This document shows positions 43,192-52,120 of a DNA stretch of 64,000 nucleotides, in pieces; within the stretch, counting starts at the first letter, position 1, and every line of letters starts with the position of its first letter. Source of the stretch: an uncultured Chloroflexia bacterium (GTDB lineage Bacteria > Chloroflexota > Limnocylindria > Limnocylindrales > CSP1-4); the NCBI GenBank assembly GCA_963819655.1, contig CAWFXA010000001.1, forward strand, positions 320,001 to 384,000, in the 5' to 3' direction. The translations under genes and the position numbers were made by a program. The notes under the pieces are model-generated. The model saw nothing but the letters and a program-made list of their open reading frames with translations, had not been told where the DNA came from and did not search any database.

Positions 43192-45030
43192 TTACGTTAC
43201 GAGGACGAGGGCGTCGACTGCGATCGCGACGAACAGCAGCGACAGGTAGCTGATCGAGTAGCGGTAGAGACTGATCGCCCCCTGGGTCGATGCCTCCTCG
43301 GACGATCCACGCCGCCACAGGGCGTACGCCTGCCAGATGAACACCGCTCCCAGGCCCACGGCGGCTCCGAGATAGATGAGACCCATCCGCGCGACGGGCC
43401 ACAGGACGAGCGAGATCGCGACCATGAGCAGGGTGTACAGCCCGATCTGACGGGTCGTCTCGGGGATGCCCCGGACGACGGGCAGCATCGGCACACCCGC
43501 AGCGGCGTAGTCCTTGCGAATGCGCAGCGACAGCGCCCAGAAGTGGGGCGGCGTCCAGTAGAACACCAGCGCGAAGAGGATCAACGCCGGGATCCCGACG
43601 TCGCCGGTGACGGCCGCCCAGCCGATGACGGGTGGAAGCGCCCCGGCGGCGCCGCCGATGACGATGTTCTGGGGTGTCGATCGCTTGAGCAGCATGGTGT
43701 AGACGACGACGTAGAAGGCGATGGCCAGAAGCGTGAGGAACGCCGCGAGGAGGTTGATCGTCCAGGCCATCAGCACGAACGAGATGACGCCAAGGACGAC
43801 TCCGAAGATCACGGCGTTCTCGGGCTCGACCTGGTGGGCCGGCAATGGTCGTCGCCTGGTGCGGGTCATGAGCGAGTCGATGTCGCGGTCGAGATAGCAG
43901 TTGATGGCGTTGGCGCTCCCCGCCGCGAGCGTGCCGCCGATGAGCGTCCAGGCGACAGTCCAACCCCAGTCGCCCCAGTCGATGCCGGGCACCCAGCGGG
44001 TGGCGAGCACCATCGCGGGCACGGTCGTGACGAGCAGCAGCTCGATGATCCGCGGCTTGGTCAATGCGATGTAGGCGCGGATGCGGTCGCCGGTCGTCGG
44101 TGGGACGGCTGTCCCCGCTTCGGGCTCGCGCAGGCCGCCGGTGCGGACGGTGCGGGCCAAGTAGTAGCTCGTGACGGTGAGCCCCACCAGCGTCGCGAGG
44201 ATCAGGGCACCGAGCGCAAGGTGCAACGTCTGAGTCCAGGCCGACAGTCGAGTCAGCACCTGCAGCCCGCCGATCGCGACCTGGATCGCGAACAGCAGCG
44301 CCGCGCCGACAGCCAGCCTGACGATCGCTGGCTCGTCTCGCTGGGTTCGCCAGGCGACGATCGCGAGGGCGACGACGATGGCACCGACGACTGCCGCCAC
44401 CCATCGATGCAGGACATGGGCCGAGGTGACCTCGGTCAGCGGCGGGACGAGCGACCCGTTCATCAGGGGCCAATCCGGGAAGACCAACGCGGTGTCGGTC
44501 GCGGTGACGTGGGACCCGAAGAGCAGCAGGGCGAACGTCGCCAGCGTCGCGAATGCCGCGAGCAGAGTGAACCGCTGGCTACCGCCCCAGCCGCCGACAC
44601 GGGCCGGGAAACTGGCACGGACCGTGACGTACACCAGCAGTGCCACCAGCAGCATCGCCGCGGCCAGGTGCGCGGTGACCGACTCCCCGCTGTTCCCGAG
44701 GCGGACCGTCTCGCGTCCGAGCCAGGCCTGGAACCCGACGAGGACCACGGCACCGAGCGTCGGCCAGAGCAGCGACCGACGGTCGCGATGGTCGACCCAG
44801 GCGAGCACCGCCAGGGCCAGGATCTCGAAGCCGATGATCGCCGCGACGGTTCGATGGATCCATTCGATCCAGGCCTTCGGATCGTCGAGCGGCGGGAACA
44901 GCTGCCCGTGGCACAACGGCCAGTCCGGACAGCCGAGTCCAGAATCGGTGGCGCGGACGATGACCCCGATCGTCACGAGCAGGATGGCCGTCCCGAGCGT
45001 GGTCGCGGCGAGCTTCTGGAAGCGGGTCAC
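43192..45030 (-). CDS. ctaB: Fused heme A synthase (CtaA) and heme O synthase (CtaB/CyoE)
   Basis: N-terminal SGLGCPDWPLC, EWIHR and further His ligands; C-terminal LTKPRI, DRDID..M.RT..RPL, LKR.T.QNIVIGGAAGA, WTPPHFWAL. Confidence 0.9.
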   Translation of the reverse strand: MTRFQKLAATTLGTAILLVTIGVIVRATDSGLGCPDWPLCHGQLFPPLDDPKAWIEWIHRTVAAIIGFEILALAVLAWVDHRDRRSLLWPTLGAVVLVGFQAWLGRETVRLGNSGESVTAHLAAAMLLVALLVYVTVRASFPARVGGWGGSQRFTLLAAFATLATFALLLFGSHVTATDTALVFPDWPLMNGSLVPPLTEVTSAHVLHRWVAAVVGAIVVALAIVAWRTQRDEPAIVRLAVGAALLFAIQVAIGGLQVLTRLSAWTQTLHLALGALILATLVGLTVTSYYLARTVRTGGLREPEAGTAVPPTTGDRIRAYIALTKPRIIELLLVTTVPAMVLATRWVPGIDWGDWGWTVAWTLIGGTLAAGSANAINCYLDRDIDSLMTRTRRRPLPAHQVEPENAVIFGVVLGVISFVLMAWTINLLAAFLTLLAIAFYVVVYTMLLKRSTPQNIVIGGAAGALPPVIGWAAVTGDVGIPALILFALVFYWTPPHFWALSLRIRKDYAAAGVPMLPVVRGIPETTRQIGLYTLLMVAISLVLWPVARMGLIYLGAAVGLGAVFIWQAYALWRRGSSEEASTQGAISLYRYSISYLSLLFVAIAVDALVLVT

Positions 45031-45126
45031 CTGATCTCCTGGGGCGCTGGGACGAGGAGCACGGGCATTCTAGCGCGAGGCAGGCCGCCGACTGCCCCGA
45101 ACGGGCGCCTCGGCTACGCTTCCGGC

Positions 45127-46083
45127 ATGACCCGATCGACCGCCGTGGTGTTCCTGTGCGTCGCTCTGTTCGCTGTCCTGGCGTGCGGGCCATCGACGGG
45201 CCAGGCGGGCGACGCGTGCCGGACGACGCCGCCGCCGCAGGGGACGCCCGCGGGGTGGGATGTCGGCTCGCAACGCCCATCGATCTTCCCGTCCGTCATC
45301 AACCCTGCCGGCACCGTCGCGTGCGGCCCGAATCGCCTGATGTTCGCGTTCCTCGACGCGCAGAACGTGCCGGTCGCAGCCCCGGACCGGACCGTCGAGG
45401 TCAAGCTCTTCGATCTCGGGGCGGACCCGGCCAGATCGGTCGCGCAGGGTACGGCGAAATTCATCTGGGCGATCGAGCCGCGGGTCGGTGTCTACGTCGT
45501 CGATGTCGACCTGCCGACCGCCGGGAGCTACGGCATCGAGTTCACGACGGCGATCGGCGGTGGCTCGCCCGAGGTCATCCGCACCACCCAGGACGTCCAG
45601 CCCACCTCGAGCGTCGTCCGGGTCGGCGACAAAGCCCCAGCTTCGGACACGCCGACCCTCGCCGACGTGGGCGGTGACGTGTCCAGGATCGCGACCGATC
45701 CGGCGCCGGTCGCGGCGTTCTACGAAACATCGATCGCGCAGGCCATCGCCGACAAGAAGCCGTTCGTGGTGGCATTCGCCACGCCGAAGTTCTGTGCGAG
45801 CCAGCAATGCGGCCCAACGCTCGATCGCCTGAAGCCCATTGCCGCCCGGCACCCCGGCGTGACGGTCATCAATGTCGAGCCGTATGAGCTCGAGCTCCAG
45901 GACGGTCAGCTCCAGCCGGTTCTCACCGACAACAACCTGACGCCGGCGGCGTCGACGAACGAGTGGCGTCTCCCGACCGAGCCATGGGTGTTCGTGGTGA
46001 ACCGCGACGGACTCATCACCGCGTCATTGATGATGATCTTCAGCGACGAAGAGCTCGAGGCTGCTATCACGGCGGTCGAGTGA
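45127..46083 (+). CDS. Thioredoxin-fold lipoprotein with a Cx4C motif
   Basis: Lipobox VLAC, VGD.AP, FATPKFCASQQCGP, W.LPTEPW.FVV..DG; TACGCT 6 nt upstream. Confidence 0.72.
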   Translation: MTRSTAVVFLCVALFAVLACGPSTGQAGDACRTTPPPQGTPAGWDVGSQRPSIFPSVINPAGTVACGPNRLMFAFLDAQNVPVAAPDRTVEVKLFDLGADPARSVAQGTAKFIWAIEPRVGVYVVDVDLPTAGSYGIEFTTAIGGGSPEVIRTTQDVQPTSSVVRVGDKAPASDTPTLADVGGDVSRIATDPAPVAAFYETSIAQAIADKKPFVVAFATPKFCASQQCGPTLDRLKPIAARHPGVTVINVEPYELELQDGQLQPVLTDNNLTPAASTNEWRLPTEPWVFVVNRDGLITASLMMIFSDEELEAAITAVE

Positions 46084-46163
46084 CGGCGTCGCGCATCGCG
46101 GCTGGGGGCGCCCGCCAACGACGTTGATGCACATTTTCGACGTCCGGACGGCGCCTTGCCTGG

Positions 46164-46296
46164 TGATGCGCATGGGCCGCATCAGGTCCGTCCGTGAACG
46201 GTCCGATCACGTCTGGTCGCTAGAAGGGATCGCGCCCAGGTCATGCGCTCGAGCTGCGGGCGCGATCGGGCCCGTTGATGCGGCCTGTGCGCATCA
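46164..46296. repeat. Pair of inverted 21-bp palindromic REP-like units
   Basis: TGATGCGCATGGGCCGCATCA (46164-84) and TGATGCGGCCTGTGCGCATCA (46276-96) are reverse complements with 2 mismatches. Confidence 0.6.
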
Positions 46297-46334
46297 AGGA
46301 CCAAAGGTCGGCCGCGTAGCGGCCGGCCGCGCCG

Positions 46335-46700
46335 CTACGTCGGGGCGTCCTCGAGGCGGATCGCGAGTCGGTCCGCGCCGTCCAGCCGCCACCAGACGCG
46401 GACCGGTTCGGCCGTTGCCTGGTGCTCGGCGAGGTGGCCTGGGGCGAACTCGGTCCCGTTCGCGAGCGCACGAAGGCTGAACTCGACCAGTTCACCGCCG
46501 GCGAGGCGGAGCGTGAAACCACGCACGTCGGCGAGCCCGCTGCTGTCGACGCCGACGACGACCCCGGTCATGTCGGTCGTGCCGCCCGGTCGGTCCGGAT
46601 CGACGACGCCGGTCTCACTCAGCAAGATCGCAGCCACGACGGTCAAGACCACGATCGCGGCAAAGAGCGTCGCGAACAGGACGCGAGTCCGGCGATCCAC
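46335..46700 (-). CDS. Membrane-anchored small beta protein with an HxxxH motif
   Basis: N-terminal TM; G.VV.VD....FTLR; PGHLAEH...PV.V. Confidence 0.65.
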   Translation of the reverse strand: MDRRTRVLFATLFAAIVVLTVVAAILLSETGVVDPDRPGGTTDMTGVVVGVDSSGLADVRGFTLRLAGGELVEFSLRALANGTEFAPGHLAEHQATAEPVRVWWRLDGADRLAIRLEDAPT

Positions 46701-46703
46701 GGC

Positions 46704-47420
46704 TCAGGCTCCGGCCGGGATCCCGCTGGCGACGGTGCTGCCGACGGCTCCTGTGCTCCCGGGCGCATAAACAGGCTCACCCGCCGCACAACGCGGACAG
46801 GTCGCCTCGCCGGGTTCGAATGTCGGGAGGTCGAGCTGCCAGAGCGATCGCACTGGGTATGTTCGCCCGCTGGTCGGTGAGGTCAGGGTCGCTCGGCCGC
46901 CGCTCCGGTCGACGAGGACCGCGCACTCGACGATCTCGCCACCGAGCGCTTCGACGGCGGGGATCATGGCGAGCAGCGAGCCGCCGGTCGTGAGGATGTC
47001 GTCGACGAGATAGACGCGCTCGGCGGGCCGGATCGTGAACCCGCGCCGGAATTCGCGGTGCGTGGCGCCGTCGTCGTCGCGCACCTCCTCCGCGAAGATG
47101 CCGCGTGTCCCGAGCTGCCGTGCCGTTTCGAACGCGAGGACGATGCCGCCGGTCGTCGGGCCGGCCACGAGGTCGACGAGCGGCGGGGCTCCATCTCCGG
47201 CCAGGCCGCGGATCCGGGCGACCCAGAACCCACACAGCTCGCTGGTCGCGGCCGGGTCGGACAGCACCGCGAACTTCTCGACGTAGGCGTCGCCGTGCCG
47301 GCCACTCTTCAACAGGAAGTGGCCTTCGCGGAACGCGCCAGAGGCCCGGAACAGTTCCTCGGTCCGTGCCGCGACGGCGGCTCGAACGGCAAGGTCGACA
47401 GCGGGCTTGATCGTGGTCAC
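46704..47420 (-). CDS. pyrE: Orotate phosphoribosyltransferase
   Basis: GHFLL.SGRH, VDDILTTGGS, VDRS, C-terminal CPRC; TACACT 6 nt before GTG. Confidence 0.92.
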   Translation of the reverse strand: MTTIKPAVDLAVRAAVAARTEELFRASGAFREGHFLLKSGRHGDAYVEKFAVLSDPAATSELCGFWVARIRGLAGDGAPPLVDLVAGPTTGGIVLAFETARQLGTRGIFAEEVRDDDGATHREFRRGFTIRPAERVYLVDDILTTGGSLLAMIPAVEALGGEIVECAVLVDRSGGRATLTSPTSGRTYPVRSLWQLDLPTFEPGEATCPRCAAGEPVYAPGSTGAVGSTVASGIPAGA

Positions 47421-47463
47421 GGGACCAGTGTAGGCGGGGTGACCTCTGAGCCGGAGCAACGGG

Positions 47464-48594
47464 TCAGGGTCGATACTCGACGCCCTTGGCCGACGGAGCG
47501 GCCGCCCGCTTCGGCAGGGCCGTCCCGACGAGATCGCGATGCGAACCGACCGCGACGCGGCGACACTCCGCCGCCAGCTCGTCGATGAGGCGGACCGGGA
47601 GGGTCGGGTCGGCGAAGATCGCGGTCCCGACCTGGACCGCGACCGCCCCGACGGCCAGGAAATCCAGGACGTCGGCGAGCTCGGTGACGCCGCCGATCGC
47701 CACGATCGGGATGCGGACCGTCTGTGCCGCCTCGTACACGACCCGCAGCGCGATCGGCTTGACTGCCGGGCCACTCAGCCCGCCGTAGATGTTGCCAAGG
47801 AGCGGCCTGTGCCGGTCGGGCGCAACGGCGATCCCGGACAACGTGTTGATCGCGGTCAGTGCGTCAGCGCCCGCATCCTCGATGGCGCGGGCGATCGGGC
47901 GGATGTCGGCGACGTTCGGGGAGAGCTTGACGAGGAGCGGCAGGTCGGTGGCACGCCGGACCGCGGCGGTCACCTCGGCCGCAGCGTCTGGATCGATCGC
48001 GAACTGCAGCCCATCGCGACCGACGTTCGGACACGAGATATTGAGCTCGATGCCGGCGATGCCGGGCACGCCCTCGAGTCGACGCGTCACGGCGACGTAA
48101 TCGCCGACCGACTCACCGGCGACATTGACGATGACCGGCACCTTCCAGCCGGCCCAGGTCGCGGCGTACTTCTCGACGACCGCGTCGACGCCCGGGTTTT
48201 GGAGGCCGATCGAGTTCAGCATCCCGCCCGGTGTCTCCGTGACGCGCGGCGTCGGGTTGCCGATGCGCGGCTTGAGCGTCGTTCCTTTGCAGCAGATCGC
48301 CCCGAGCCGATCGATCTCGACGACCTCGCCATATTCGACGCCATAGCCGAACGTCCCCGACGCCACGAGGATCGGGTTGCGCAGCACTAGCCCGCGGCCG
48401 AGGTCGACTGTCAGGTCGATGTCGGTGGCTTCCGGCGCCGACGACCCGGCGACCATCGCCGACGGCGCGACCGACGCGACTCGGGGGCGCGGCGTGGCCT
48501 GCACGATCGCCGGGCGCACCCGACGCACCGTCGGTGTCCGCTTGGCACCCGCCGGCCGGCCGTTGCCCGTGACGACGCGGCGTTTTGCTCTCAC
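47464..48594 (-). CDS. pyrD: Dihydroorotate dehydrogenase family 1B catalytic subunit
   Basis: ASGTFGYG, GN..PR..ET..GMLNSIGLQNPG, ELNISCPNV, VKLSPN, INT, GGLSGPA.KP. Confidence 0.94.
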   Translation of the reverse strand: MRAKRRVVTGNGRPAGAKRTPTVRRVRPAIVQATPRPRVASVAPSAMVAGSSAPEATDIDLTVDLGRGLVLRNPILVASGTFGYGVEYGEVVEIDRLGAICCKGTTLKPRIGNPTPRVTETPGGMLNSIGLQNPGVDAVVEKYAATWAGWKVPVIVNVAGESVGDYVAVTRRLEGVPGIAGIELNISCPNVGRDGLQFAIDPDAAAEVTAAVRRATDLPLLVKLSPNVADIRPIARAIEDAGADALTAINTLSGIAVAPDRHRPLLGNIYGGLSGPAVKPIALRVVYEAAQTVRIPIVAIGGVTELADVLDFLAVGAVAVQVGTAIFADPTLPVRLIDELAAECRRVAVGSHRDLVGTALPKRAAAPSAKGVEYRP

Positions 48595-49460
48595 GACCAG
48601 GCGCCCTCCCAGGCCAGCTCCTCGCTCGCGAAGACCGGGCCTTCGCGGCACACGCGTTGCGGCGTGCCGGTCACGCTCATCACGACGCAGCCGAGGCACG
48701 CCCCCACCGCACATCCCATGTTCTGCTCCATCGACACCTGGAGGTACGCCTTCCGGCGCGCGGCGGGTGACCCGAGAGCTGCAGTCCGGCCCGCGCCGCG
48801 CTTGCGGCCGAGCTTCGCCACCCCGAGTCGCTGCCGGCGACCCTCGGCCTGCTTCGCGAGCGCCTTGAGCATCCCGGTCGGACCGCAGGCGAACGCCTGG
48901 TCGGCCCAGCCCTCGTAGTCCGGCACGAGATCGGTGACGAAACCGTGATGGCCCAGCGAGCCGTCGTCGGTCGCGACCACGTACTCGACCTCGTCGGGCA
49001 GGAGATTCGATGGATACACCTCGCGGGCGCTCGACGCTCCGAACAGCAGCGTCACCTGGCGGCCGTCGCGGATCGCCTCATCGGCCAGCATCCGGACCCC
49101 GGCCATCCCGAGGCCACCGGCGATGAGCAACAGATGGCGGCTCCGCGGATCGACTTCGAACGGGCGCCCGAGAGGACCCAGCAGGTCGATGGCGTCGCCC
49201 GGCCGCAGCCGGGTGAACCACTCCGTGCCGCGGCCGATGACGCGGAAATGGATCGTGACGATGCCGGTGGCAGGGTCGGCTGTGTTCAACGAGAAGGGGC
49301 GCCGAAGGACGAGGCCCGAGAAGTCGCCCGTGCGAACGTGGACGAACTGGCCGGCGCGCGACCCGTTCGCGAGATCGGGTGCGTGATACGCCTGGAGCCA
49401 CTGACCCGGCAGGATCTCGCGACTCTCGACAAGCTCGGCCGCGGCGAGCCGCATCGTCAC
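48591..49460 (-). CDS. pyrK: Dihydroorotate dehydrogenase electron transfer subunit
   Basis: GQF.H, LRRPFS, GP.G..F, AGG.G, TDDGS.G..G.VT, CGP..M, MGC..GAC.GC...VC..GPVF. Confidence 0.93.
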   Translation of the reverse strand: MTMRLAAAELVESREILPGQWLQAYHAPDLANGSRAGQFVHVRTGDFSGLVLRRPFSLNTADPATGIVTIHFRVIGRGTEWFTRLRPGDAIDLLGPLGRPFEVDPRSRHLLLIAGGLGMAGVRMLADEAIRDGRQVTLLFGASSAREVYPSNLLPDEVEYVVATDDGSLGHHGFVTDLVPDYEGWADQAFACGPTGMLKALAKQAEGRRQRLGVAKLGRKRGAGRTAALGSPAARRKAYLQVSMEQNMGCAVGACLGCVVMSVTGTPQRVCREGPVFASEELAWEGAWS

Positions 49461-50482
49461 GCGGTCGGGCGGCCCTCCGTGCCCTCGTCGGCGGCGGACT
49501 CGTCCTCGGCCTCGTCCTCAGCGCTTTCGCCGTCGTCCTCGGCGGTTTCGCCGTCGCCCTCGGCGACCTCGGTCTCGGCGGCGGCGGTGTCGGCCTCAGC
49601 GCCGGGCGTGGCCTCCTCGTCGTCGATGTCACTCCCGGCGGCGGCGGCCGCGAACTCAGGGGCGACCGACGGGTAGGCATCGGCCAGCGCGTCGGCGAGG
49701 TCCCCGAAGACATCGGTCGGGTCGTAGAACTCGACCAGCTCGTCGGGCCCCGTGAGGGTCCGCCACGAGCCGTCGGCCTCCTCGGGCACGACCTCCGCGC
49801 GGAACTCCCCGGTCGAGGTCAGGATGAGTCGCTCGTCGTCGTCGTCGACGATCACGAGATCACCGATGAGGTTCGAGGCGGTCGCCGCGGCCGTCTCGAA
49901 ATCGTCGAGCAGTCGCGCCTCGGTCCGCTGGCTGCGCTCCTGGTACTCGAGAGCCAGGTCGTACAGCCGCCGGGACGCTGCCTCGTCGTCGGCCAGATCG
50001 ACATCGGCTGGCTGCCCCGCTGCCCACGAGTCGGCGGCGGCGGCGTAGGGGTCCTCACCACCCAGGCTGACGGTCTCTTCGGGGGCGATGCCCGCGGCCT
50101 CGAGCATCTCGTCGGTGGCGGTCGGTTCCTCGGTGAGACCGGCGGCCTCCTTGGCGGCCTCGGTGAAGGCTGCGTAGACGTCGGCCGGGTTGTACAGCTC
50201 GACCAGCTCCGAGGCCGTTTCGATGACTTCGGTCTCGCTCACCCAGTCGCCGGTCAGGTCGTCGAGGAAGCGCGTGCGGCTGCGGAACGTGCTGTCGGGT
50301 GCGATCGACAGGTAATCGGGCTCCTCATCGATCAGCGTCAGCCCGCCATAGGCGGCGATGCGCTCCTTGTGGCGGTCCAGGAACCGGCGCAGCTGGTCGG
50401 TCGACTGGACGAGGAAATCGGACCGCTCGAGGGCAGCGTCAGCCGCGATCTCGCCGAGCAGGTCGTTGCGGCCCGTATCCAT
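49457..50482 (-). CDS. Highly acidic hypothetical protein with two tandem copies of an unrecognised domain
   Basis: GGLTLIDEE..YL...PD..FR....W......ELVELYNP.DV versus GDLVIVDDD..RL...TG.FR....W......ELVEFYDP.DV; AGGAGG RBS; GTGA overlap with pyrK. Confidence 0.75.
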   Translation of the reverse strand: MDTGRNDLLGEIAADAALERSDFLVQSTDQLRRFLDRHKERIAAYGGLTLIDEEPDYLSIAPDSTFRSRTRFLDDLTGDWVSETEVIETASELVELYNPADVYAAFTEAAKEAAGLTEEPTATDEMLEAAGIAPEETVSLGGEDPYAAAADSWAAGQPADVDLADDEAASRRLYDLALEYQERSQRTEARLLDDFETAAATASNLIGDLVIVDDDDERLILTSTGEFRAEVVPEEADGSWRTLTGPDELVEFYDPTDVFGDLADALADAYPSVAPEFAAAAAGSDIDDEEATPGAEADTAAAETEVAEGDGETAEDDGESAEDEAEDESAADEGTEGRPTA

Positions 50483-50562
50483 GGTTCGCCTCCTGTTCGG
50501 TTCGTCGCCCGGTGGCAGGACTTCGCGTCGAATTCCCAATGGTGCTCCTCGCTTGGCCTGGG

Positions 50563-50889
50563 TCAGGGATGGTATTCGAGGTCGGGGCCCATGCGCTCGC
50601 GCAGGAACATCGAATGATGGCGCTCGAAGATCCATTCGCCGGCCCGATGGCCGAGGGCGCGGGTCCCTTCGTCGGCCTCGAGCTTGTCGAGGGTCGCGTA
50701 ATCGGGCAGATCGAGGAGGATGACGTTGTCGAAATCCCAGCCGTGCGCGACGTTGTACCAGCCGATGAACCGGATACCGAACCGCTCCTCGTACTCCTTC
50801 AACTGGCGCGGGAACAGAGTCTTCATGAAGAACTTGAAGAACGGGTCGCGGCCGCGGCGGACGGAGAAGTAGGTCGCGAGCACGGGCAT
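50563..50889 (-). CDS. Small hypothetical protein (NIPSNAP/dimeric alpha-beta barrel-like)
   Basis: Strong G/C third-position codon bias; GI.FIGWY...G...V...D.PDYA..D pattern. Confidence 0.65.
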   Translation of the reverse strand: MPVLATYFSVRRGRDPFFKFFMKTLFPRQLKEYEERFGIRFIGWYNVAHGWDFDNVILLDLPDYATLDKLEADEGTRALGHRAGEWIFERHHSMFLRERMGPDLEYHP

Positions 50890-50911
50890 GTGACCCATTG
50901 TGTCATGGGGT

Positions 50912-50987
50912 CGCCGGCCCTCGCGGGGCCGCCCGGGTCGCGCCCCGGGTCGCGCCGGCCCTCGCGGGGCCGCCCGGGTTGCGCCCC
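50912..50987. repeat. 35-bp direct repeat, two copies (period 41)
   Basis: CGCCGGCCCTCGCGGGGCCGCCCGGGT(C/T)GCGCCCC at 50912 and 50953. Confidence 0.7.
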
Positions 50988-51160
50988 CTGGTCGGTCACC
51001 GGGTGACCGAACGAGCGGATGAACCGCCACGATCGGTTCGTCCGAGGCCGATCGTTCGTCGATCCGGTCACGGGGTGACTGAACGGGCCTCTACCGCCCG
51101 GTCAGAGAGTCGCTGGAGCCGGGGCGTTCGTCGGTTCGGTCACCGGGTGACCCGTCGACC
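50981..51160. repeat. Three palindromic units at an exact 72-bp period
   Basis: GGTCAC(C/G)GGGTGAC starts at 50994, 51066 and 51138; flanks CGTTCGTCG (copies 2, 3) and GAACG.GC (copies 1, 2) are shared. Confidence 0.7.
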
Positions 51161-51543
51161 ACCGAAGTCGCCTCGTCCTCGAGCTCGCCGACTGTCCGCG
51201 TGGCACTGCCCATCGGTCGTCGCCGGCTGCGGCGATCAGCCGCGACCAGGCGGAGCAGGAAGATGATCGTCTGCCCGGTCGTAAGGAGCAGGCCGATGAC
51301 CGCGAACAGCAGCGCGGCGCTCACGGCCTCCGGCCAGCGCCACGCGACGCTCAGCGGCGTGAGGACGACGAACACAGCCAGCACCGCGAGCTGGAATCGG
51401 AAGCAACCCAATCCGGGACCACGCTGGGCCTCCAGGTCCGCCCCCTTGTACTGAACCGGGCCCGACGGCCGCGGTGGCCGTGGCGGAGTCGGGTCGGTGT
51501 CGGTCGCGGCGGTCGCGTCGATCTGCGGGTCGGTCTCGGTCAC
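51091..51543 (-). CDS. Small two-TM membrane hypothetical protein
   Basis: YKGA.L...RGPGLGCF..Q followed by two TM helices; TATCGT 8 nt before GTG. Confidence 0.65.
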   Translation of the reverse strand: MTETDPQIDATAATDTDPTPPRPPRPSGPVQYKGADLEAQRGPGLGCFRFQLAVLAVFVVLTPLSVAWRWPEAVSAALLFAVIGLLLTTGQTIIFLLRLVAADRRSRRRPMGSATRTVGELEDEATSVVDGSPGDRTDERPGSSDSLTGR

Positions 51544-51563
51544 GAGCGGGAACGATACGGGAG

Positions 51564-52088
51564 TCAGGCGGCAGGCGGATCCGTGGCAAGGCCGTCGACG
51601 ACCTCGACGCCCGGGAGGGCGAGCAGGATCGACGGTGCGGCAAGCACCTTCCACGACCTTGACCCGCCACCGAGCACGATCCGCTCGCGCTGCATGACGC
51701 GGCGGTCGACCCAGATCGGCAGCGAGGCCGGCAGCCCGAACACCGTGACGCCACCGATCTCCATCCCGGTGATGTCGCGGGTCGACTCCGACGGAGCGAA
51801 TGACGCCTTCCGCGTACCCAGCCGGTCACGCACCGCGCGGTTGACGTCGAGCCGGTTGGGGGCGAGCACGACACAGGCCGCATAGCGCGGTGGGTCGCTC
51901 TTGCCGATGACGAGGATCGTGTTGGCCGAGTCCTCGGGATCGAACCCGTAAGCGGCACAGAAGGCGGCGGTATCGGCCAGGGCGGGGTCACACGGGAACA
52001 GTTCGTAGTCGACACCGATCGGATCCAGAGCCGCGACGAGCCGGTGGCGACCCTCGGGATCGTGGCTGGCGAGATCGACATCGGACAT
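51564..52088 (-). CDS. YbaK/EbsC aminoacyl-tRNA editing family protein
   Basis: ADT..FC..YG, SAN.I.V, KASFA, TGM..GGVT.FGLP, GGGSR..K. Confidence 0.85.
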   Translation of the reverse strand: MSDVDLASHDPEGRHRLVAALDPIGVDYELFPCDPALADTAAFCAAYGFDPEDSANTILVIGKSDPPRYAACVVLAPNRLDVNRAVRDRLGTRKASFAPSESTRDITGMEIGGVTVFGLPASLPIWVDRRVMQRERIVLGGGSRSWKVLAAPSILLALPGVEVVDGLATDPPAA

Positions 52089-52120
52089 CGGCCCAAGCGT
52101 AGTCGGTACCATCGCGGTCG

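Noticed and set aside
42925-46083. 1052-aa ORF as a single large protein
   Set aside because: The first ~730 aa are antisense to ctaA-ctaB; the real gene starts at 45127 with a lipoprotein signal and a -10 box
50981-51160. Annotation as a bona fide CRISPR array
   Set aside because: Only three degenerate copies, one inside a CDS tail, no AT-rich leader and no cas genes in the window; kept as a repeat and a finding
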